Positions 1 to 9,115 of a DNA stretch of 64,000 bases are shown piece by piece. Under the pieces are notes generated by a model, which ran no database searches, was not told the origin of the DNA, and was given only the letters and a program-made list of their open reading frames with translations. Positions within the stretch are counted from its first letter, which is position 1. Each line of letters opens with the position of its first letter. The stretch spans positions 4,064,001 through 4,128,000 of the forward strand of contig OZ245015.1 in the NCBI GenBank assembly GCA_965223705.1, written 5' to 3'. The position numbers were made by a program, and so were the translations under genes. This DNA is from Myxococcota bacterium. GTDB lineage: Bacteria > Myxococcota_A > UBA9160 > UBA6930.

Positions 1-683
1 ACGATGTGCCGGCTCACGCCGATCTTCGGCATGGGATCACCTGCGTGCGGCGACTTGTGCCATTCCACACGGAAGCGGTCGGCGATCGCGCGGACCGAGC
101 TCGCGGTGCCGTTCGTGACGATATTCATCCCGTGGGAAGCCGCCCAAGGCGTTCTTTCGGGCGAAGCCACGCCGTACCAGAGAGGCGGCCGAGGGGACTG
201 GATCGGGCGCAGTTCGAGCGGCACGTCCTTGAACGTGAAGTGCTTGCCCTCGTGGTTCAAATGATCGTTCTCGAGCCCGGCGAGGATTACGGCGAAAACT
301 TCTTCGTAGAGTTCCTTGGCCTCGTCGGTAACGCCGTAGAAGCCGAGCTCGATGGGTGAGATGCCTTTACCGATACCGAGTTCGAGCCGGCCGCCACTCA
401 GCTGATCCAGCATGCAGATCTCTTCCAGAACGCGAAGCGGGTGGTACAGACTGAGCGTGTAGACCAAGGGACCAAAGCGCAGTGCCTGGGTCCGCTGGGC
501 GACGGCCGAGAGAAAGACGCTGGGAGCCGAGGCGAGCCCGAGCGGCGATCCGTGGTGCTCGGCCAGGTGATAGGCGTAGAAGCCAGCGCGATCGTAGGCC
601 TCAATCAGTTGCAGACGGTCTCGGTACTGCTGTCCGAGGTTCAGCCCGTTGCGGTCCATGTGGTCGAAAATGCCGAAGCGCAT
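1..683 (-). CDS. LLM-class flavin-dependent monooxygenase (3' end beyond window start)
   Basis: Absent from the ORF track because it is truncated. Manual translation from ATG 683 gives MRFGIFDHMDR...AGFYAYHLAEHHGSP...HPLRVLEEICMLDQLSGGRLELGIGKG, which are luciferase-like family motifs. AGAGG RBS upstream. Confidence 0.9.
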   Translation of the reverse strand, partial: MRFGIFDHMDRNGLNLGQQYRDRLQLIEAYDRAGFYAYHLAEHHGSPLGLASAPSVFLSAVAQRTQALRFGPLVYTLSLYHPLRVLEEICMLDQLSGGRLELGIGKGISPIELGFYGVTDEAKELYEEVFAVILAGLENDHLNHEGKHFTFKDVPLELRPIQSPRPPLWYGVASPERTPWAASHGMNIVTNGTASSVRAIADRFRVEWHKSPHAGDPMPKIGVSRHI

Positions 684-706
684 GTCAAAGCCTCTCTTAC
701 CGGCGT

Positions 707-1663
707 CTATTCGGGAAGGGTTTCGAGTTGCGCGAGAATTTCGGCCCGCTGACCCTCGAACTGCGGCGCGATCATCACTTCTCGGCCGAGTCGATCCGGG
801 TCTTCGTCGATTGCGAACCCTTCGGGTTTCGACACCGTGGCTTCGAGGAGCGCGCCGCTCGGCGTGCGCACATAGACCGAATGGAAGTAGCCGCGATCCT
901 TCACGTCTGAACAGTCCGTAAAGCCCATCGCCTCGAGGCCGTCTTTCATCGCGCCCTGACCGTCGAAATCTGCGATGTGGAAGGCGCCGTGATGGACGGT
1001 GCCCTCGCCGAACAACCAGGAACCGGTCGGCCGTTCCGGCTCGACGATGAGATCGATCAGGGCGCCGGGGCCACCTTCGCCGACCTCATAACGGGCGTCC
1101 TGGCCTTCGTCGGTGAGCCGGCGTGCCGACCATCCCAGCTGCAGGAACGCTTCCATGTCTTCGACGTCGCGGGTCGAGATGGCGTAGGTGTGCGTCCCGC
1201 GAATCGCGTAGTCGCCGGGAACGGGACCGTGGGAGACAGGAGCGCGCGTGTCGGCCGACGCCTCGGTGAGCGTGTAACCGATTCCGCAGGGGTGGGCGAA
1301 GTGCAGTGTGCGTTCGCCGAAGCGCTCGCCTTCGCGGCAGTCGATCGAGTGCTCGCCGAGGCGCTTGCGCCAATAGTCGATCGAGGCTTCGGGAATCGTG
1401 AGCGTGACCTCCGAGATCTGCCCGGTCCCCGGCCGCGACTTCTGCCCGGTGTGCCGCATCGGGAACGAGGTCACGAGGGTGCTCTCGTCGCCGACATCGT
1501 TTCCGTAATAGAGGTGGTAGATGGGAGTCTGTCCGTCGTACAGAAGCGTCTTCTTCACGCACTTCAGGCCGAGCACATTCGTGTGGAACGCGTAGTCCTC
1601 CTTCGCGCTTCCCGTGCACAACGTGATGTGGTGGTGTCGAAGCAAGCTCGCGTTCGCGTCCAT
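707..1663 (-). CDS. VOC-family ring-cleaving dioxygenase (PcpA/LinE/MhqO-like)
   Basis: Motifs HHHITL, HLYYGN, VHHGAF, DRGYFHSVYVRTPSGALLEA (His/His/Glu metal ligands). Start moved to ATG 1663, which follows an AAAGGAG RBS. Confidence 0.88.
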   Translation of the reverse strand: MDANASLLRHHHITLCTGSAKEDYAFHTNVLGLKCVKKTLLYDGQTPIYHLYYGNDVGDESTLVTSFPMRHTGQKSRPGTGQISEVTLTIPEASIDYWRKRLGEHSIDCREGERFGERTLHFAHPCGIGYTLTEASADTRAPVSHGPVPGDYAIRGTHTYAISTRDVEDMEAFLQLGWSARRLTDEGQDARYEVGEGGPGALIDLIVEPERPTGSWLFGEGTVHHGAFHIADFDGQGAMKDGLEAMGFTDCSDVKDRGYFHSVYVRTPSGALLEATVSKPEGFAIDEDPDRLGREVMIAPQFEGQRAEILAQLETLPE

Positions 1664-1692
1664 CTCGTGTCTCCTTTGAGTTGTCATCAAAA

Positions 1693-1709
1693 TTTTGATA
1701 TTATCAAAA
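1693..1709. promoter_or_regulatory. Probable IclR operator: perfect inverted repeat TTTTGATA-T-TATCAAAA
   Basis: 8-1-8 palindrome in the very AT-rich 71-bp gap between the divergent dioxygenase and IclR genes. Confidence 0.6.
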
Positions 1710-1734
1710 AATTATTATATATTAAATTTAACTC

Positions 1735-2514
1735 ATGTCAGAGCAAAAGCCCAGCCGCGGAATCAAGTCGATCGAAGTCGGCTACGGAATCCTGACGGCA
1801 ATCCAAGAGGGTCCCGCCCCGATGCCACTGCGCCTCATCGCCGAGCGCGCCGGGATGGCACCCAGCGCCGTCCATGTCTATTTGGCCAGCATGATCCGCA
1901 CGGGGCTCGTCCAGTCCTCGGGTCGCGGCTTGTACCGCCTCGGCCCCGCCCTAGCGGCGTTGGGCATCACGGCAGCGCGACAGGTCGACGGCTTTGATGC
2001 CGTCCGCATGCGCGCGAACGCACTGTGCGAGGAGACGGGCGTCGGTGTCGCCGTGCTGACCTGGGCCGAAACCGGTCCCATCATTTTGTACAACGTCGCC
2101 GGAGAAATGAGATCGCCGCTCCAACTGCGCAACGGGCCGGTATCGATCCTGTGGACCGGCGGAGGCAACATCTTCATCGCGTTGCTCCCGCGCGAGACCA
2201 CCCGAGACGTCGCCCGACGAGAAGCCGCTCTAGAAGGCATGAGCGAGAAAGCATGCGACGCTTTGCTCGATCGCATCTCTGCGCACGTGAACGAACAGGG
2301 TTACGCAATCCAAGAAGTCAAGCAGCTGCCGGGCTTCCACGCGATCAGCGCACCGGTCTGGGATTCGAACGGTTATCCCGCCTACGCCTTGACGCTCACA
2401 GCGCCGAAGGCGCTACTCGACGTGTCACCCAAGGGTCCGCACGTGGCGGCGCTCTTTCGGGCCGCGCGTGCGGTATCGCAGGGGGTCCCGTACACCGACG
2501 AAAGAGAAAGCTGA
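1735..2514 (+). CDS. IclR-family transcriptional regulator
   Basis: N-terminal HTH (IKSIEVG...LRLIAERAGM...YRLGP) and C-terminal effector domain (AISAPVWD). Confidence 0.9.
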   Translation: MSEQKPSRGIKSIEVGYGILTAIQEGPAPMPLRLIAERAGMAPSAVHVYLASMIRTGLVQSSGRGLYRLGPALAALGITAARQVDGFDAVRMRANALCEETGVGVAVLTWAETGPIILYNVAGEMRSPLQLRNGPVSILWTGGGNIFIALLPRETTRDVARREAALEGMSEKACDALLDRISAHVNEQGYAIQEVKQLPGFHAISAPVWDSNGYPAYALTLTAPKALLDVSPKGPHVAALFRAARAVSQGVPYTDERES

Positions 2515-2789
2515 CGGCCAGCGGGCTCACGTTTGCGAAAAAGATTCAGAAGGAATCGGCCGTCGCCCACAGAACCTTCGAGGATCCGCTGCGCTTCTCA
2601 TTCCGGTACGTTGCACAATCCGTTGCGCATCGGCGGAGAGTGACACGACGTGTCGCACAGCGACCACAGTTCTCACGACGAATTGACATCGATCTAAGGG
2701 CTCTGGCAGCATGGATTGCTCGCGAGGATAGCCCCGCGACTGAAACCCGAAGACTGGCGCGCTGAACGCGCCGCGGAGCCCCCCATATC

Positions 2790-3056
2790 ATGCCCCCCGC
2801 ACCGAGTCGAACCGAGCTGGCCTGGGAATTCGCCGAGCTCTTCGGCGATTTCACTACGGCCGACATGAACGAGCTCCTGTCGAAGAACATCCCACTCGAA
2901 ACACTCGAGTTCTTCGCTTCCTACGCCGAGTCTTTTGCGACGGCCGAAAAAATGACCGGCCGCACCGCCGAGCGACTGCCGAACCTGATGATGGTCGGCT
3001 ACCTGATCCGTGTGCTCGAAGAACGCGTACTCGACGCCTTGGAAGAAACCTCCTGA
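2790..3056 (+). CDS. Hypothetical small acidic helical protein (88 aa)
   Basis: Host-like codon usage, GGAG upstream, stop overlaps the inferred ridA start. No recognised motif. Confidence 0.7.
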   Translation: MPPAPSRTELAWEFAELFGDFTTADMNELLSKNIPLETLEFFASYAESFATAEKMTGRTAERLPNLMMVGYLIRVLEERVLDALEETS

Positions 3057-3439
3057 GCGGAGCGAGCGCCGTCCGCAGTGAGCACGCGCCGAACCCCGTC
3101 GGCCCGTATTCCCAGGCGATCGAGAAAAACGGTCGCATGTATCTCTCCGGTCAAATTCCGCTCGACCCAGCGACCGGCGAGCTGGTCACGGGCGAGATCG
3201 AAGCGCAAACGGAGCGCGTCTTGAGGAACCTCGAAGCGGTGATGGCGGCCGCGGGCGGTTCCCTTGCGGACGTTGTTCGCACGACGATCTACCTGACCGA
3301 CCTGGGACTCTTCGCCCGCGTCAACGCCGTGTACGCACAGTTTTTCGACAGCGATCCGCCTCCGGCGCGCAGCACCGTCCAAGTCGCCGCCCTGCCCCTC
3401 GGTGCCGAGATCGAGATCGACGCGATCGCCGAGCGTTAG
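3053..3439 (+). CDS. ridA: RidA/YjgF/UK114 reactive intermediate deaminase
   Basis: APNPVGPYSQAI...LSGQIPLDP...PPARSTVQVAALP...IEIDAIA. The conserved N-terminus lies upstream of ATG 3137, so the likely start is CTG 3053. Confidence 0.9.
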   Translation: MSGASAVRSEHAPNPVGPYSQAIEKNGRMYLSGQIPLDPATGELVTGEIEAQTERVLRNLEAVMAAAGGSLADVVRTTIYLTDLGLFARVNAVYAQFFDSDPPPARSTVQVAALPLGAEIEIDAIAER

Positions 3440-3448
3440 CCCGAGCGC

Positions 3449-4012
3449 CTAGGCGCCGCGTTTCTTCGGGTGGAGCCAGTACAGGTTCAAGCCGTTGACG
3501 ACGACGTGGGCCGCGATGGGAGCCACCAAGTGGCCCGTCGCCAAGTAGAGCGCCCCGAAGCAGAAGCCGGCGAAAACGGCGAAGAGGGTCCACACCGCGA
3601 AGGGCGCGCGGGGTACGAAATGCGCGGCGCCGAACAGGATCGCGCTGGGAATCAATCCCAACCAAGGCTGCAGTGCCCCCCGGAACAAAGTCTCCTCGGC
3701 GACGCCGCTCACCAATGCCAACAGCCACGCCTCGCTCCGGGCCAGCGGCGGGAGCAAGGAACGGAGCCCTTCCGCCAGCGCGGCTCCTGCGCGGGTCCGA
3801 GCCGTGAACACCCGCGAAAGCGCGACGAGAGCCAACCCGCAGAGTGCGCCAACGACTGCAGCGGGGGCCATTTCCCACGTCGCCCAAGGCTCGGCCAGGC
3901 GACGAAGAGGAAGTCCGCTCCACATCGAGACGAACCACGCGAGAAGGAGAAGCGCGCCGTAGAACGCGCTCGCCCAGACGAGCAGCTTGTTGGCATCGGG
4001 TCGCTCATTCAT
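3449..4012 (-). CDS. CPBP (CAAX/Abi) intramembrane metalloprotease
   Basis: EExxFRG, FGAAH and HxxxN motifs in hydrophobic segments. Confidence 0.88.
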   Translation of the reverse strand: MNERPDANKLLVWASAFYGALLLLAWFVSMWSGLPLRRLAEPWATWEMAPAAVVGALCGLALVALSRVFTARTRAGAALAEGLRSLLPPLARSEAWLLALVSGVAEETLFRGALQPWLGLIPSAILFGAAHFVPRAPFAVWTLFAVFAGFCFGALYLATGHLVAPIAAHVVVNGLNLYWLHPKKRGA

Positions 4013-4136
4013 CGGGTCAAGGCATCTCTCGATGGCACCCGAGGTGGGGCGCGGTTAGCTTCCGGGTCGGCGAAGTCTCGCCGAAAAGCGGCGCCGCTGC
4101 CGTCGCAACGACGTTGTCTCCCCGGAAGGCCCCTTT

Positions 4137-4616
4137 ATGTCTGACCGCGTTCCCATGACGCCCACCGGCTACCAAGCCCTGCAGCAGGAACTGAATCGCC
4201 TGAAAACCGAGGATCGTCACGCGATCGTGCGTGAGATCGAAGAGGCGCGAGCTCATGGAGACCTCTCGGAGAACGCGGAATACCACGCCGCCAAAGAGAA
4301 GCAGGGTCATATCGAAGGACGCATCGTCACCATTGAAGACCGGTTGGCGCGCGCTCAAGTCATCGAGATCAACGACCCGGGTGACGGGCGCATCCGGTTT
4401 GGAGCCACGGTGACCCTCGAGGACACCAAATCGGGCGAAGAAACCACCTATACGTTGGTGGGTGAGGACGAAGCGGACGCCAAACAAGGCCGGATCTCCG
4501 TCACATCGCCGATCGCGCGGGCGCTGATGGGTCAAGAAGAGGACGCGACGGTCCGCGTGAGAGTCCCCAAGGGAGTTCGAGAGTTCGACATTGTGGCGGT
4601 CCGCTATCTCGTCTGA
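4137..4616 (+). CDS. greA: Transcription elongation factor GreA
   Basis: HGDLSENAEYHAAK and ISVTSPIARAL signatures. Confidence 0.96.
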   Translation: MSDRVPMTPTGYQALQQELNRLKTEDRHAIVREIEEARAHGDLSENAEYHAAKEKQGHIEGRIVTIEDRLARAQVIEINDPGDGRIRFGATVTLEDTKSGEETTYTLVGEDEADAKQGRISVTSPIARALMGQEEDATVRVRVPKGVREFDIVAVRYLV

Positions 4617-4741
4617 AGCGGTGTCACCTCCCCTCGGGAAGCGCGCTTGCCACCCGCCGCAGCGCTTGTGTAGCCTCGAGGCGTGCCGCCTCGATCCCCG
4701 GGGCGAATGAGGCCGACCGACACGGGCTCGGGCCGGGTTCC

Positions 4742-6091
4742 ATGCGCTCTCTTCAGGTCAAATTCAGCCTACTCGTTGTGACCCTCCTCGCGGTGGCGTG
4801 CATCGGTTTGGCCTGGCTCGCAACCCGACATGAACGCGCCGCTTTGGTTGCAGAGGTCGAACGCCGCGGCCTCGACCTCGCGCGCAATCTCGCCGGAGAT
4901 GCCAAGGAACCGCTCCTCGCCGAGGATCTCTTGAGTGTCGGCTCCCTCGCCCAACAAGTCGGCGAGATCGAAGGCGTGGTCGCGGTCCGCCTGCTGAACG
5001 TACAGGGGAAGGTCGTCGGGGCTTCGGAAGAGGGGTCGGCGACCGTCGTCGTCGACGCCGTGGAGCTCCTCGCCAAGGACGGGCCGAGTGTCGAGCAGCG
5101 CGGCAACCGCGTGCTCGCCGCGGCGCCGGTGCGCTGGAGTGACGTTCTCGTCGGAGAGGCGCAAATCGCCCTCGATTTGGACGCCCTCGTCGAGCCCGTG
5201 ATCGCGGACAGCCAGCGCCAACTCGGCATGCTCGCGGTCGGCGTCGTCATCCTCGGAATGGCGTGCGGCATCGGCTTTGTCGCCCTCCTCGTGGGGCCGC
5301 TCCGACGCTTGCGGGCCGGGGTCGAGCGACTGGCTCGAGGGGATTTCAGCGCGCGCGTTCCGCCGAGCTCCGGCGATGAGGTCGGCGAGCTCACCCGCGC
5401 GTTCAACCAGATGGGCGAGTCGCTCCAGGAGAAAGAGCGGATCCAGAACGCCTTCGGACGCTACGCGAGTGACTACGTCCTCAATCAGCTGCTCGAGGGC
5501 CCCGAGGAAGGCGGTCTCGAAGGAGCGGAACGCGAGGTTACCATCCTGTTCGCGGATATACGCCGGTTTACGCGCCTATCCGAGGGGATGAAGGCCGCCG
5601 ACGTCGTGGCACTCTTGAACGAGGTGTTCCAACTCGCGTCGGACTGCATTCTCGCCCACGGGGGAACCATCGATAAGTTCATCGGCGACTCTGTCATGGC
5701 GTACTTCGGTGCCCCGGTGCCCCACAGCGACCACGCACTGCGGGCGGTCCGGGCCGCCATGGACACCGAGCGCGCAATGGCGGCCCGCAACGCGAATCGC
5801 GAGCGGTCCGGTCGCGTGGAGGTCGGCATCGGGATCCATACCGGCCAGGTGGTTGTGGGAACGATCGGCTCGGATCGGCGGTCTGACTTCACGGCGATCG
5901 GCGACGCGGTCAACGTCGCGCACCGCCTGGAGAAGTTGTCACGGCCGGGAGAGATTCTGGTGTCCGAAGCCGTTCAGCGACGCGTCCGAGGAGCTTGCCA
6001 ACTCAATTTCGAAGGCGAGCGCCAACTGTCGGGGCGCCTCGAACCGGTCCACGTCTATTCCGTGGATCTCTCTGGCAAGGACACGGCCTAG
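4742..6091 (+). CDS. Membrane class III adenylate cyclase (2 TM, periplasmic sensor, HAMP, CycC)
   Basis: HAMP (DEVGELTRAFNQM) and catalytic motifs FADIR, IDKFIGD, FTAIGDAVNVAHRLE. The Lys/Thr specificity residues indicate ATP as substrate. Confidence 0.92.
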   Translation: MRSLQVKFSLLVVTLLAVACIGLAWLATRHERAALVAEVERRGLDLARNLAGDAKEPLLAEDLLSVGSLAQQVGEIEGVVAVRLLNVQGKVVGASEEGSATVVVDAVELLAKDGPSVEQRGNRVLAAAPVRWSDVLVGEAQIALDLDALVEPVIADSQRQLGMLAVGVVILGMACGIGFVALLVGPLRRLRAGVERLARGDFSARVPPSSGDEVGELTRAFNQMGESLQEKERIQNAFGRYASDYVLNQLLEGPEEGGLEGAEREVTILFADIRRFTRLSEGMKAADVVALLNEVFQLASDCILAHGGTIDKFIGDSVMAYFGAPVPHSDHALRAVRAAMDTERAMAARNANRERSGRVEVGIGIHTGQVVVGTIGSDRRSDFTAIGDAVNVAHRLEKLSRPGEILVSEAVQRRVRGACQLNFEGERQLSGRLEPVHVYSVDLSGKDTA

Positions 6092-6093
6092 TC

Positions 6094-7173
6094 GTGGCGA
6101 GGCGCGTCACCGCGGTCGGTCTACTCGGCGCTTTGTGCGCGGGGGGACTCCTCGCGTGCACCACGCCGGGCCACATCGGCGAGCGGCGCTACCGAGAGGG
6201 CGATCGACAGGGCGCGCTCGCCACGTGGCGACAGGTCAGTGAGAGCAGCCACGAGTACGAGGCGGTGCAACGCCGCATCGCGGACGTCGAGAACGAGTTC
6301 GAGCAGCTCGTCGTCCGCTACGAGAAACGAGCGGCTTACTACGAACGCAAGGGTCGACTCGCCGAGGCCGCGCTCAACTATCGCTTGGCCCTCGAGTTTC
6401 GCTCCGACGAGACCGCACTCGCGCGCCTGCAACAGCTCGTGCGAGATCTCGCGCAGCGCAAAGCGAACCGAACACAAGCGTTCGACCGAGCGTTTGCGCG
6501 GGGCGACCTGGCGGTGGCGCGCAATCACCTGGTCGAACGCGAAACCCTCGATCCGTTCGACGCCCAGTTGCTCTCCGATCAGCGCCGGCTGCGCGAAGCG
6601 CTCCAGGGCGACGTCGATCGACTGCTCAAGCGCGGGCGCGACGCGTTTGCCAAGGAAGCGTATTCCGACGCCGATGAGGCATTCGTCGCGGTGCTGACCC
6701 TCGACCCGGAGAACGGCACCGCGCGGGGCTACCGGTCGCTGATTCGGGATCTCGACAACGAGAAGGAGCCGGCTCCTGGAGATCCCGTCGCCGTGCGGAA
6801 GCCCCTCACGGAAAAGCAGATTCGGGCCGAGGGCTTCCACCAAAACGCCCTCGCCGCGGAACGAGACGGCCGCGACTACGCGGCGATTCGCCACGACTTG
6901 CGCGCCCTCAAAGCCGATCCGAACCATCGCAAGAGCCAGCTTCACCTGGCGGCCCTGCGGCGCCGGCTTCGCCCTGAAATCGCGCCGCTGATGGAGTCGG
7001 GACGCGCGTATTACCAGCAGGAGGATCTCAACAACGCGCTCGATCAGTGGAGACGCGTCCTGCTCATCGACCCGAAGAACACCGAGACGCGCGAGTACGT
7101 GTCCCGCGCGGAGCGCCTCCTCGAGAACCTGGAACAACTGCGCGCCGGCACTCCCGCCGTGTCGAGTCGGTAG
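6094..7173 (+). CDS. TPR-repeat lipoprotein
   Basis: GTG 6094 follows the cyclase stop. Signal peptide with LLAC lipobox and several TPR-like helices (VLTLDPEN, VLLIDPKN). Confidence 0.75.
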   Translation: MARRVTAVGLLGALCAGGLLACTTPGHIGERRYREGDRQGALATWRQVSESSHEYEAVQRRIADVENEFEQLVVRYEKRAAYYERKGRLAEAALNYRLALEFRSDETALARLQQLVRDLAQRKANRTQAFDRAFARGDLAVARNHLVERETLDPFDAQLLSDQRRLREALQGDVDRLLKRGRDAFAKEAYSDADEAFVAVLTLDPENGTARGYRSLIRDLDNEKEPAPGDPVAVRKPLTEKQIRAEGFHQNALAAERDGRDYAAIRHDLRALKADPNHRKSQLHLAALRRRLRPEIAPLMESGRAYYQQEDLNNALDQWRRVLLIDPKNTETREYVSRAERLLENLEQLRAGTPAVSSR

Positions 7174-7183
7174 GGGCGAGCCT

Positions 7184-8518
7184 TTGTCGCGGATCCGAGC
7201 CGTGGCTGCCCTGGCACTCGTCGCGTTCGCGGTCGGTTGCACTTCGACCCTCGATATCGAGCGGGCGCGGGAAATCCTGCGTACGCCGAAGGGTCCCGAG
7301 ATCCCCGTCATCAGCGACGCCACGACGAGCGAACTCGAAGCCGTCCAAAACCTGCGCGCCATCTCCGGCGAGCTCCGCGAGGTCCCCCTGCAGTGGGATC
7401 CGTCTCTCGGCCCCGACGTTGCGGGGTATGTCCTCGAGCGGTCTCTGGGCCCGGAACAGCCGTTCTCGCGAATCGCCGTCGTGCCGGGACGCTTTGAGTC
7501 GACCTATATCGACCGCGGTGCGGACCTCGGGCCCAAGCAGAGCCGCGACCGCCTCGTTTCCGACTTGGGCGACGGAGAAATGTACCTCTATCGGGTGCGC
7601 AGCTACCGGGCAGACGGCATGATCGCCGCCGATACCTCCGCCCCGAGCTCCGCGACCACAGCGCCGCGCCCCACCCCGCCCGAAGATTTGCGCGCCTACT
7701 CGCGCATGCCCCGGGCGATCGCACTTTCCTGGACGGCCGTGACCGACCCGGCGGTGCGCGGCTATGTCATCCGCCGCAGCCCGAGCGCCAGGGGTGACTT
7801 CACCGAAGTCGGCCGCGTCGATCACCGCTACGACACGACGTTCACCGACCGAAACCTCGAGTCCCTTCGGGTGTTCTACTACCGGGTCGCGGCGGTCAAC
7901 CGCGTGGGAGCCGAGGGGGAAGCCAGCGCCCCGATTCGCGGCGTGACGAAGCCCAACCCGCTGCCGCCCATCGGCCTGGCCGTCGCCCATCAAGCGCTCG
8001 GCCACAATCAGGTGCGCTGGGACCCCAACGTCGAGCCCGACATCCGGCACTACGAGCTGCTGCGGCGGCGGCGCGGGTCCGAGGAACCCGAGCTCGTAGC
8101 CAAGGTCCGCGCCGGCGCCGCCCCACAGGCCGACGATCGGGAAGTCGGGGCCGGTGAGTTGGTGCGATATTCCGTTGTCGCCGTCGACGTCGACGGCCTC
8201 CGCAGCGTTCGATCGAAATTTATCGAGGTCCGCGGTCAGGGCTACGGCCTCGAGGCGGCCTCGGCCGGGAACGCGACGGAGCTCCGCTGGGCCCCGGACG
8301 TCCAGGCCGATTTTCAATCGACGTTGGTTCTCCGGGAAGGCGGGCTCGGTGCACGAGAGCTCGGCTGGGCCAAGACGCACCAGTTCCAGGATCGCGACGT
8401 CAAGCCGGGGTCTCGGTACCGTTACCGCGTGGTGGGAATCCGCCCCGATGGTACGAGGGCGCCGCCGTCCGCGCCCGTCGAGGTGCACATTCCCGAAGTC
8501 CCGGCGAACACCCCCTAA
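7184..8518 (+). CDS. Multi-fibronectin type III lipoprotein
   Basis: AVGC lipobox and about four FN3 repeats (L.W...GY...Y.YRV.A). Confidence 0.82.
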   Translation: MSRIRAVAALALVAFAVGCTSTLDIERAREILRTPKGPEIPVISDATTSELEAVQNLRAISGELREVPLQWDPSLGPDVAGYVLERSLGPEQPFSRIAVVPGRFESTYIDRGADLGPKQSRDRLVSDLGDGEMYLYRVRSYRADGMIAADTSAPSSATTAPRPTPPEDLRAYSRMPRAIALSWTAVTDPAVRGYVIRRSPSARGDFTEVGRVDHRYDTTFTDRNLESLRVFYYRVAAVNRVGAEGEASAPIRGVTKPNPLPPIGLAVAHQALGHNQVRWDPNVEPDIRHYELLRRRRGSEEPELVAKVRAGAAPQADDREVGAGELVRYSVVAVDVDGLRSVRSKFIEVRGQGYGLEAASAGNATELRWAPDVQADFQSTLVLREGGLGARELGWAKTHQFQDRDVKPGSRYRYRVVGIRPDGTRAPPSAPVEVHIPEVPANTP

Positions 8519-8543
8519 ACCGACCCAGAAAGTCCGTCACGCA

Positions 8544-8571
8544 TTGCGCGAAAGAGGGCACCAACTAGACT
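8544..8571 (+). promoter_or_regulatory. Putative sigma70 promoter for tRNA-Asn
   Basis: TTGCGC-N16-TAGACT ending 11 nt before the tRNA. Confidence 0.45.
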
Positions 8572-8582
8572 GATCGGCCCGT

Positions 8583-8658
8583 TCCCCGGTAGCTCAGTTG
8601 GTAGAGCAAGCGGCTGTTAACCGCTGGGTCGTAGGTTCGAGTCCTACCCGGGGAGCCA
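8583..8658 (+). tRNA. tRNA-Asn (GTT)
   Basis: TCCCCGG/CCGGGGA acceptor stem, AGCTCAGTTGGTAGAGC D-arm, CT-GTT-AA anticodon loop, GGTTCGAGTCC T-arm, encoded CCA; 76 nt. Confidence 0.98.
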
Positions 8659-8672
8659 CGCCGAACGCCTCC

Positions 8673-9068
8673 TCATAAATCGTCGCGCTGAAGACAACGT
8701 TCGGCAGCGGTATCGAGCGTGAGCCGCGGCTGCTCCCGCGGCGTCGCGAATCGAAACTCGGCATAGAGCCCGGATTTGAAGCAGTAGCCGACGCGCCAGT
8801 CTTCGGCGGTCTTCTCTTTGTGCGCGAGTACGATGCGACCCGACAGTTCCTCGTGAACGTCGGCCAAGGGACTCCGGTCGGCTTCGCGTAGGGCTCGTTC
8901 GTAGAGCGGCGTCCCCTCTTGGATCGAGCGAAGAATCTGCCGGCCCAGGTGGTCGAGTTTGCGCAGCTCCGAACGCTCTGCGGTCGTCGCGACGCCGTAG
9001 ATCGTGGCTCCCGAAAGGACGACGAAGGCGAACAACAAGCGCAGCGCGACGATCGATTTCTCGCTCAC
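8673..9068 (-). CDS. Hypothetical membrane-anchored protein (131 aa)
   Basis: N-terminal TM segment and two Cys; fills the gap between the tRNA and the ribBA-like gene. Confidence 0.6.
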   Translation of the reverse strand: MSEKSIVALRLLFAFVVLSGATIYGVATTAERSELRKLDHLGRQILRSIQEGTPLYERALREADRSPLADVHEELSGRIVLAHKEKTAEDWRVGYCFKSGLYAEFRFATPREQPRLTLDTAAERCLQRDDL

Positions 9069-9115
9069 GCGGGGACGCTAGCTGAAAACCCGAGAGGGCC
9101 CGCTACGCTAGCGCG

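Noticed and set aside
2703..2720. Sigma54-like TGGCAGCATGGATTGCT upstream of the 88-aa gene
   Set aside because: The GG-to-GC spacing is one base longer than the strict -24/-12 requirement. A nearby TTGACA (2683-2688) has no good -10 element.
2515..2789. Small ORFs in the IclR-hypothetical gap (e.g. 2640..2765 +, 2527..2712 -)
   Set aside because: No motif, poor RBS spacing and atypical codon usage.
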